The position numbers and the translations under genes were made by a program. Below, one piece after another: positions 1 through 23,720 of a stretch of DNA of 23,720 bases. The DNA comes from Chiloscyllium plagiosum (taxonomy: Eukaryota). The DNA lies in NCBI RefSeq assembly GCF_004010195.1, contig NC_057720.1, positions 30,165,829-30,189,548 on the forward strand, given 5' to 3'. Numbering within the stretch: the first letter of the stretch is position 1; the number at the start of each line of letters is the position of its first letter. Below the pieces are notes generated by a model that saw only the letters and a program-made list of their open reading frames with translations, was not told the origin of the DNA and made no database searches.

Positions 1-160
1 TTGGACTTCTCTTTGAGAATATGCAAGACAAAAATTACTTTTGCATTCTCAGGGAATTGAGAATTATCATGATAAGGCAGTAAGTTGGTGGTAGAAGACG
101 AAACACAATCTCACTGAATAGTGGAACAAACTCAATGGATCTAATGGTGCACACTTTCCA
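1..160 (+). mobile_element. Old, degenerate CR1-type LINE 3' tail fragment
   Basis: Resembles other decayed CR1 3' UTRs in the window (cf. 9660-9820): aggcagtaagttgg...ctcactgaatgtggaacaaactcaatgg. Confidence 0.45.
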
Positions 161-324
161 TGATTTATGTATCCACACAAGCTGAATTGAGACGGCCCAA
201 AGTGATCTTATTTAGACTTTTAGAATTCCCTCCCCACCACTGGTTCAAGTTTATGTTATTTAAACCCAAATTAAGTTACATCCTATAACTCATGTTGAGT
301 ACATATGAAAAAAAGTCATATTAA

Positions 325-792
325 TTAAACTTTTCATCTTGTACTCATCAGGACAGAAGCAAGAATGCCTAAGTTCAAAGGGTGTAATACATTACACTGT
401 AGAAGAAAAGGATGTTGATTATTTGGCAAATTAACTATGATTGGTTGAGCCATTGCCACAGTGTAAGAATTAGAGAACTGGTGCTACCCACTCTTTAATA
501 GTTTAAAAAAGCAATTCCTGGGGCTACTGGGGATCCCTGCACAGCACCATCTATTTGGGCAGAGATGATGTCATCTGGTGCTGCATGCAAGAAATTCCTT
601 ATATAACTTAAAAGCTCTTCAGCCCTCAAAACTAAGCTTAATGACTTTGTGTCCTTTTTGCATTAAAAAGAGTGCAGCCAATAATTCCTCAGTGAAATCA
701 CTATGGCAATGCCTCAACTAGAGTCAATTTGCCAACAATCAGCCATACCTTTTCTTGCGATATTAATTGCTGCTGCTTTTAAAGTTTGGGAT
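325..792. repeat. Old imperfect inverted repeat, probably PLE pseudo-LTR derived, with a decayed hammerhead motif
   Basis: The 400-465 arm is roughly the reverse complement of 695-760; the minus strand at 325-354 reads gtcCTGATGAgtacaagatGAAAagtt. Confidence 0.5.
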
Positions 793-808
793 GGGAAGTG
801 GGAAGTTA

Positions 809-1130
809 GGGCAGCACGGTAGCTCAGAGGTTAGCACTGCTGCCTCACAGCGCCAGGTACCTGGACTCAATTCCAGTTTTGGGCGACTGTGTGGAGTTTG
901 CACATTCTTATGTCTGCATGGGTTTCGACCAGGTGCTCCAGTTTCCTCCCACAATCCAAAGATGTACAGGTTAGGTAGATTGGCCATGCTGAAGTGCCCC
1001 ATAGTGTGTAGGCTATGTGGGTTAGTCTTCATAAATGTAAGGTTACAGGGATGACATGGGTGTGATACTCCTTGGAGGGTCAGTAAAAGTTCGATGGGCT
1101 GAATTTCAAAACTACCGGGATTCTATGACT
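809..1130 (+). mobile_element. HE1-like tRNA-derived SINE (V-SINE)
   Basis: tRNA-like head gggcagcacggtagctcagaggttagcactgctgcctcacagc, V-domain tgtggagtttgcacattct..., tail ttctatgact; homologous to the copies at 9826 and 11206. Confidence 0.88.
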
Positions 1131-1140
1131 CATTCTTGCA

Positions 1141-1897
1141 TCTATCACGAAAAGTGCAAGTCAAACCTTTTGGAAGAAGCAACAGGAGTAAAGAGTACTG
1201 GACTAATGGTAAAATTCTTTGCAGTGTCGATGAACAGAGAGATGTCGGTGTCCATATACATAGATCTCTGCAAGTTGCCACCCAGGTTGATCGGGTTGTT
1301 AAGGCGGCATACAGTGTGTTAGCTTTTATTAGTAGAGGGATTGAGTTTTAGAACCATGAGGTCATGCCGCAGTTGTACAAAACTGCACTTGGACTACTGC
1401 ATACAGTTCTGGTTACCTCATTATAGGAAGAATGTGGAAGTTTCGGAAAGGGTTCAGAGATTTACTAGGATATTGCCTAGAATGGAGGGAAAATCTTATG
1501 AGGAAAGGCTGAGGGACTTGAAACTGTTTTCGTTAGAGAAACGTTTCAGAGGTGACTTAATTGAGACATATAAGATAATCAGAGGGTTAGATAGGGTGGA
1601 CAGTGAGAGCCTTTTTCCTTGGATGGTGATGGTTAGTACAAGGGGACATAGCTTTAAACTGAGGGTTGATAGATATAGGACAGATGCCAGAGGTAGTTTC
1701 TTTACTCAGAAAGTAGTAGGGGCGTGGAACGCACGGCCTGCATCAGTAATAGACTCGCCAGATTTAAGTTCATTTAAATGGCCGTTGGATAAACATATGG
1801 ATGAAAATGGAATAGTGTAGGTGAGATGGGCTTCAGATTGGTTTCACAGGTTGGCACAATATCGAGGGCCTATACTGCACTGTAATGTTCTATGTAG
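1141..1897 (+). mobile_element. 5'-truncated CR1/HER1-like LINE (RT C-terminus plus 3' UTR)
   Basis: Translates HLDYCIQFWLPHYRK...ERVQRFTR...LFSLEKR...RGDLIETYKII...TRGH; ends in a tgttctatgt tail. Confidence 0.92.
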
Positions 1898-2112
1898 AAC
1901 TTTTGTTCATCAATTACAAGCCTAAAAGGCATAAACAACATTCACAGTTAGAAACTACTACAATCAGGCTTCAAGTGTTTTGTTTCTCACCTTTGCCATC
2001 ACATTCAGCTGAGAGATAATTGGCACCAAGTTTGAAAGTTTTTCATTTTTTATATTAACAAATTAAGGAAAATAAAGCCAGCTATGGGTCTATTATGTTT
2101 TAAATCATATTT

Positions 2113-17786
<15,674 letters not shown>

Positions 17787-18089
17787 CTTGTCGCTTCACT
17801 CCGGTCCGACCAGAAACTCGGACCGTGCCACAAACGTTCCGCCTCTTCCATTTGGTAGATGGTGGTGAAGTCGTATTGTCACTCATCTGGGGATCTAGGA
17901 TCCCAAACTAATGTGTAGTAAATAAAGTTCAGAATCCTTCAGAGTGCAAAGACATTCTACAGTCCTTCCCCAGTCCGGCCTACGTGTTCAATTGTTTTTT
18001 TTCATAAATAAAGCAAAATACCAGAGAATGAAAACAGAAATTGCTGGAAAAGCTCAGCAGGTCTGACAGCATCTGTGAAAAGAAACCTG

Positions 18090-18127
18090 AGTTAACGTTT
18101 CGGGTCAAGTAACCCTTCTTCAGAACT
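18090..18127 (-). ncRNA. Minimal type-I hammerhead ribozyme motif, intact
   Basis: agtt-CUGAAGA-aGGGUUAcuUGACCC-GAAA-CG-UU-aact: 4-bp helix I, helix II, ACGU palindrome. Confidence 0.75.
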
Positions 18128-18172
18128 GATGGTAGCAAGGAAAATAAACTGACATTTTTTCTAGCGACCATC

Positions 18173-18210
18173 AGTTCTGAGGAAGGGTCACTTGATCCGA
18201 AAAGTTAACT
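18173..18210 (+). ncRNA. Minimal hammerhead motif, mirror copy (ACGU mutated to AAGU)
   Basis: agtt-CTGAGGA-AGGGTCACTTGATCC-GAAA-AGTT-aact. Confidence 0.6.
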
Positions 18211-18311
18211 CAGATTTCTCTCCACAGATGATGCCAAACCTACTGAGCTTTTCCAGCAATTTCTGTTTTTGTTTTTGATTTAGAGCATCCGCAGTTCTTT
18301 CAGTTTTTATT

Positions 18312-18580
18312 CAAAATGCTGCGGGTGCTGGAAACTCAAAATAAAAAGAATGTACTGGAGAAACGCAGCAAGTCTGGCAGTATCTGTGGAGAGAGGAACA
18401 GAATTAATATTTCAAGTCAGAGTGATTTGGAGATGCCGGTGTTGGACTGGGGTGTACAAAGTTACAAATCACACAACACCAGGTTACAGTCCAACAGGTT
18501 TAATTGGAAGCACTAGCTTTCTGAGCGCTGCTCCTTCATCTTGTAACTCAAGTCAGAGTGACGTCTTCAGGACTGACATA
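18312..18580 (-). mobile_element. Older PLE pseudo-LTR split by a 122-bp insertion
   Basis: aaaatgctgcgggtgctggaaact...gcaagtctggcagtatctgtggagagag; after removing the insert and one TSD, the minus strand reads CTGAAGA-cGTCActcTGACtt-GAAA-TATT. Confidence 0.7.
18426..18547 (-). mobile_element. 122-bp PLE pseudo-LTR fragment (third family) with a 14-bp TSD
   Basis: Perfect TSD tcaagtcagagtga at 18412-18425 and 18548-18561; the minus strand has a truncated hammerhead GATGA-AGGAGCAGCGCTCA-GAAA-GC-TA. Confidence 0.75.
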
Positions 18581-19198
18581 GCTCAAGAATAATTATTGGG
18601 AAATAATTCCTGCACTTGCCATTGATGCAAAACTTTAAACTAACATTTCAACCAACTATCTGCTGGTTCTGCCTGTCCTGCTGGTATGTTAGAGCATTTC
18701 CCAGTGTTTTTTTTCAAATATCCAGCATCCATCCTGCCTTCTTTTGCTGGTCTTATTATAAACTTTAAGAATTATTGTAATAACAAGTGCAGTTAGAAAT
18801 ATGAAAAATTGAGGCATGTGATGAACAGCAAGTCAGTCACCATTTCTGGAAAGGAAAAGCAAACATGTGGACCACCTTCTCCATGTACACCAACACCCAG
18901 CTCTTTGTAACATGTCTCACAACCTTCCTTTGTATTGCTCCTTCTACATTATCCTTTTGTGGGATATAGGTAAATTAATGTTACTTCTGCAGTTCTGCAT
19001 TTCTGCAATTATAATTTCTGATACAAAGTAAATGAACTCACATCAGTGTGTGGTTGTTTCGGCTGGGAGCTGAGTCAACAAGAATGGAAACTATGTGGAG
19101 GAAATATATAATTGTTTTTGTATTAACTAAAATTGTATGCCAGCATGAAACGTGATTGCAAAACAATGGTAGATATTATGGGCAAATAGATAAGATGT

Positions 19199-19507
19199 TG
19201 TGAGGGGATGAAGTTAGGCCAGATACGCCTGTAAAAATAGTAGTATGAACATCTGTTTCCCACTTTTACAGAGACACAGGAACAAACCCTAATTAAAGAG
19301 GTCATNNNNNNNNNNNNNNNNNNNNNNNNNNNNNNNNATGTAAGAACCAAATTATATAAATATCGAGAGTTTGTTGAATTTGGTGTGTATGTCCTCTGCC
19401 TTGCTTGGACATCACACCCATTTGCAAGTGTAAAAATAAAGGACACTACTGATTCAGATTTTGTCTCGGACTGCAATTATTGAAGTGTGTGAGCTTTGTT
19501 TCTCACA
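19199..19507 (+). repeat. ERV 5' LTR (contains a 32-N gap at 19306-19337)
   Basis: Terminal inverted TGTGAG...CTCACA; TATATAAA at 19353-19360; AATAAA at 19435-19440; followed by the PBS. The 5' boundary is inferred because the 3' LTR is not in the window. Confidence 0.75.
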
Positions 19508-19509
19508 AT

Positions 19510-19526
19510 TGGGGGCTGTCCAGGAT
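19510..19526 (+). promoter_or_regulatory. Primer-binding site complementary to tRNA-Pro
   Basis: TGGGGGCT-GTCCAGGAT versus canonical TGGGGGCTCGTCCGGGAT (one deletion, one mismatch), 2 nt after the LTR-terminal CA. Confidence 0.85.
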
Positions 19527-19805
19527 TTTTTTCCATCACCGGGGGGAGTGGCTGGCCTTAGACACTGGGAAGACGCGTCCCGTTCCCCATTGAGGAGCGG
19601 TCTCGTGTCCTGGTTTGGTCCGCTTGGGCGACCGGTACCGATCCCACAAGAGAGACATCTGAATCAGACAGTGATAGGAGCTCGATAGAACATACGGCAA
19701 CAAGGGGCCAGGCAACTCTGTGCACAGACCTGACTTTTAAGTATTGCCTTGGTGGCCAGGAAAAGGGGTATTTACTCGCTGAGGGACTAGCGAGGGCCCC
19801 GGGAA

Positions 19806-21424
19806 ATGGGGGGTAGACAGAGTAGCTGTCACGGAGTAAAGGAAGAAGAAAAAGTCCCTGGTAACATTCCTCCTGAAAGTCCGTTGGGGAGGATGTTGCG
19901 GGAATGGACAAGTAATACTTGTACAAGGGTAAAAGATAAAAAGAAAATGATTAAATATTGTTGTTTAGTATGGACCAAAGACCCAATCCTTCGTCCGGCT
20001 GTCTTCTGGCCAAAGTATGGTTCGGACGAGGATTGGGTCTGTCAGTATTTAGATTTGTATGTGAATAAAAAACAGCCTTTTAGTCAAGAGGAGGCGGACT
20101 ATGCGTCCCGTTGGAAGGGCAGTTTGGGAATGATGGTAGTAAAGACAAAGGATTCCCCCTCTGCCCCACCTAGTCCCTGGGATCCTCTTGGCTGTTTGCC
20201 CACCCCCCGTACCATAAAATCAGGTTAGGTGAACATGGGGGAGGAGGAGAGACAGACAGACAGGGACAGGGAACGGATGATTCACAAGAGGAGGATGAGG
20301 GGGCGGTGGACGGGGATGTTGTTGTTCCTGACCCTCAATCCTCAGCAAAAGAAAGGGAAGCTACAATAGATGTAGAGGAGGCCTCCGGAGGATCTAAATC
20401 AAAGCATAAGGGGGCTAAACAAAAGAAAAAGGGGAAGAACGTAACGACTTATCCCCTTCGGGAGGTACCAATAGGGGACAAAGAGATTGGGTTTGTCAGT
20501 GCCCCCCTCACCAGTGGGGAGGTCAGAACATTTAAAAAGGAAATGAAGATCCTGGTTGAGGATCCGGTGGGGTTGTCTGAACAAATTGATCAATATTTGG
20601 GGCCTAGTCTGTATACCTGGGCTGAATTAATGTCTATTTTGAATATATTATTTACTGGGGAAGAAAGGGGACTTATACGAGGAGCTGCCATTAAAATATG
20701 GGACAGGGAACACCCGATTGGAGATGGGGATGCTGGACAGGGAGAGGTGAAGTTTCCCCTCAGAGACCCCCAGTGGGAAAACCAAAACCCGGAACATAGA
20801 GAAGAAATGAGGGAATCGAAAGACCTGGTTCTAAAAGGAATAAGAGAGGCAGTGCCGAAGTTACAGAATTTGACGAAAGCCTTTGAAGTTAGACAGGAGA
20901 AAGATGAGACTCCCTCAGCTTTCTTGCAAAGATTAAGGGACTCAATGCGGAAATATTCTGGAATGAACCCTGAGGACCCAGTGGCACAGGGTCTTTTGAA
21001 AGTACATTTTGTGACAAAAGCATGGCCAGACATACAGAGAAAGATACAGAAGATAGAAGGGTGGAGTGAAAAACCATTAGATAAATTGTTGAGAGAGGCA
21101 CAGAAAGTGTTTGTAAAGAGGGAGGATGAGAGACAAAAACAGAAGGCGAAAATGATGGTAGCTACGGTTGATGAGGTAGTTAAGGGGAGAATGGAACCAA
21201 TAGTGAGCAACCAGAGCGGCGGCTGGCAGCATGTAGGACAGAGAGGAAGAGGGAGAGGGCAAGCGGGAGCATTTGATAGAGGGTTCGAGCGACAGGGGCA
21301 GAGATGGAAGTCTCCACAGGCAGGATGCTATTATTGCGGAAAGATAGGGCATTTTAAGCGGGAGTGTCCTGATCTACAAAGGGAAGAAAGGGCAATTCCG
21401 CTTATGAATTTTGATGAAGAATAG
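19806..21424 (+). pseudogene. gag: ERV gag (MA-linker-CA-NC) with one frameshift in a C-run near 20200-20210
   Basis: MG myristoylation start, PSAPP late motif, acidic linker, capsid with MHR VRQEKDETPSAFLQRL, CYYCGKIGHFKREC knuckle, TAG at 21422-21424. Confidence 0.92.
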
Positions 21425-22137
21425 GGGTGTCAGCGGTTCCTGCCCTCGGGGGCCCACCAGGAACCCTTGATAAACTTGAAGGTGGGACCCTGTAGGGAAG
21501 AGGTAGTCTTCCTTGTAGATACGGGGGCAGCACGGTCATCGCTGAAATTTAAAACAAAGAAAGCAGAAATGTCAACACGGTCAATTACTGTTTCGAGGGT
21601 AAAAGGGGAAGGATTTACTGTTCCAGTATTTGAACCTATGATGATAGAAGGTCCTAAAGGTAGGGTTACAGGGGAACTGCTGTATATCCCTGATATAGGA
21701 AGTAGCGTTTGATAGAGGGTTCGAGCGACAGGGGCAGAGATGGAGCTCTCCACAGGCAGGATGCTGTTTGGTGGGAAGATAGGGCATTTTAAGCGGGAGT
21801 GTCCTGATCTACAAAGGGAAGAAAGGGCAATTCCGCTTATGAATTTTGATGAAGAATAGGGGTGTCAGGGGTTCCTGCCCTCGGGGGCCCGCCAGGAACC
21901 CTTGATAAACCTGAAGGTGGGACCCTATAGGGAAGAGGTAGTCTTCCTAGTAGATACAGGGGCAGCACGGTCATTGCTGAATTTTAAACGAAAGAAAGTA
22001 GAAATGTTGACACAGTCAATTACTGTTTCAGGGGTAAAAGGGGAAGGATTTACTGTTCCAGTATTTGAACCTATGATGATAGAAGGTCCTAAGGATAGGG
22101 TCATAGGGGAACTGCTGTATATCCTGATATAGGAAGT
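21268..22137 (+). repeat. Tandem duplication of the gag 3' end and protease (units 21268-21703, 436 bp; 21704-22137, 434 bp)
   Basis: Direct alignment by eye: two NC/TAG/DTGA blocks; copy 2 has two 1-nt deletions and roughly 25-30 substitutions. Confidence 0.95.
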
Positions 22138-23720
22138 AACTTACTAGGGAGAGACTTAAGTATCCTCTTCGGACTGGAGATTGGAATTCAGGAAAAAGAA
22201 TTAGTTGTACAAATGGCAATGTTTACAGAGGATGTGGAGAGAGAGAGATAGACCCTATTGTATGGGCTAGAGAAGGGAATCGTGGAAAACTACAGATCCC
22301 TCCCCTTCTAATAAATTTAAAACGGAAAGGGGACGTTGTCTGTGAGCGACTATATCCTATTTCCATAGAAGGTAAACGAGGACTGCAGCCAGTAATTGAA
22401 GGACTGATTAGAGATGGACTGTTGGAGCCATGTATGTCTCCTTATAATACCCCAATTCTACCAGAGCGGAAATCTAATGGAACTTATCGATTGATGCAGG
22501 ATTTGAGAACATTAAATCGAATAGTACAGATCTGGCACCCAGTGGTGCCAAACCCCTATACGTTATTAAGTAAGATCCCTCATGACCACAAATGGTTTAG
22601 TGTGATAGATTTAAAAGATGCCTTTTGGGCTTGTCCCTTGGCGGAGGAAAGTAGGAACTTGTTCGCCTTTGAATGGGAAGACCCTAAGACAGGACGGAAA
22701 CACCAATACCAGTGGACTGTGCTCCCCCAGGGGTTTACGGAATGGCCAAATTTATTTGGACAGATGTTAAAACAAATATTGGAGAAATTTAGCAACCCCA
22801 AGGGGACTACCCTGTTGCAGTATGTAGACGACCTCTTAGTAACAGGAAAAAGAAGAGAAAGAGTAGTAGAAGCCACTAACAAATTATTGAATTTCCTGGG
22901 TCAGCAAGGACTGCGAGTATCTAAAAACAAATTACAATATGTGGAGCAAGAAGTAAAATACTTGGGAGATTTAGTGAGTGAGGGCAAGCGAAAGATAAGC
23001 CCAGAACGGATAGAGGGAATAGTGGGGATGCCACTGCCCAGCAATAAACGGGAGTTACGCAAATATTTGGGTCTAACAGGATATTGCAGATTGTGGTTAG
23101 ATTCCTATGCTCAGAAGACGAGGAAATTATATCTCAAACTATTAGAGGGGGAGCCAAAATGTCTAAGTTGGGATGATGAGGAAAAAGAACTAGTTGAGAA
23201 ACTCAAAAAAGATCTGATTCATGCCCGCGTGTTAGCCTTACCTTCCCTAGATAAACCTTTCCACCTCTTTGCTACCGTAGATAAGGGAGCGGCTTTGGGA
23301 GTATTAACTCAGAGGTGGGGAGGGATGAGACAGTCAGTAGCATATCTTTCGAAGCTATTGGATCCAGTATCCCGGGGATGGCCTGAGTGTGTGCCACTGC
23401 ACTGTTGGTGGAGGAAAGCAGAAAGCTTACATTTGGGGGAGCCCTAATAGTAAGCACCCCACACCAAGTGAGAACGATCCTACACCAAAAAGCTGGGCGA
23501 TGGTTGACAGACTCGAGGATTCTGAAATATGAGGCGATATTAATAGAAAAAGATGATCTAGTGTTGGTCATTGACAATTGTTTAAATCCAGCTGCCTTTC
23601 TTTGGAAAGGGGAAGGAGACTCTCCTCAGAATCCAGGGCACGACTGCCTTGACATTATAGAATACCAAACTAAGGTCCGCATGGACCTGAGAGATGTTCC
23701 GCTTCATGCAGGGGCTAGAC
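21425..23720 (+). pseudogene. pol: ERV pro-pol (duplicated protease, RT, connection domain), frameshifted and truncated by the window end
   Basis: FLVDTGA twice, NLLGRD, SPYNTPILP, YRLMQDLR, DLKDAFW, LPQGF, LQYVDDLL, YLGLTGYCRLW, VAYLSKLLDPVSRGWP, RWLTDSRILKYE; lesions near 22122, 22237-22248 (AG repeat) and 23392. Confidence 0.93.

Larger units (their letters stand above)
18031..18310. mobile_element. Inverted PLE pseudo-LTR pair (second family) in the NSUN4 upstream region
   Basis: 18031-18136 is an imperfect reverse complement of ~18164-18270; each arm carries a hammerhead motif. Confidence 0.75.
19199..23720 (+). mobile_element. Class I (gamma/epsilon-like) endogenous retrovirus, 5' part (LTR-gag-pro-pol), defective, continuing beyond the window
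   Basis: LTR, tRNA-Pro PBS, p30-type capsid, single CCHC knuckle, TAG read-through junction, DTGA protease, YVDD reverse transcriptase. Confidence 0.95.

Noticed and set aside
809..885. tRNA-like sequences with A/B boxes at the SINE heads (also ~9826 and ~11455-11527)
   Set aside because: These are SINE heads followed by a V-domain and LINE-like tail; no complete cloverleaf or Pol III terminator context of a tRNA gene.
763..1054. ORFs 763-1032, 767-1054, 9837-10019 and 11347-11577 with mutually similar peptides
   Set aside because: They are spurious translations of the same non-coding SINE family, not a gene family.
1898..2112. NSUN4 polyadenylation signal near the stop codon
   Set aside because: No canonical AATAAA on the minus strand was seen in this interval, so the 3' end cannot be assigned.
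20590..21210. 206-aa antisense ORF within gag
   Set aside because: Explained as a shadow of the purine-rich gag strand; no recognisable motifs.

Overview
Vertebrate genomic DNA, inferred from its repeat content (HE1-like V-SINEs, Deu-domain SINE, HER1/CR1-like LINEs) to be from a shark or other elasmobranch. It contains a complete six-exon NSUN4 gene (mitochondrial rRNA m5C methyltransferase) on the minus strand: CDS join 17786-17685, 17590-17148, 8381-8227, 7033-6873, 3442-3318, 2389-2113, giving 420 aa with all introns GT-AG and in phase. The introns and flanks are packed with nested CR1 LINE fragments, tRNA-derived SINEs, a Tc1/mariner-type MITE, an internally deleted Mutator-like (MULE) transposon, and many Penelope-like element (PLE) pseudo-LTRs. 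About nine of the pseudo-LTRs carry minimal hammerhead-ribozyme motifs (CUGANGA-stem-GAAA-palindrome), and several form long palindromes. About 1.4 kb upstream of NSUN4 and pointing away from it, a defective class I (gamma/epsilon-like) endogenous retrovirus begins: 5' LTR, tRNA-Pro PBS, gag, amber read-through pro-pol, and a diverged 436-bp gag/pro tandem duplication. It runs off the window end. Family names come from motif recognition only; no database searches were run.
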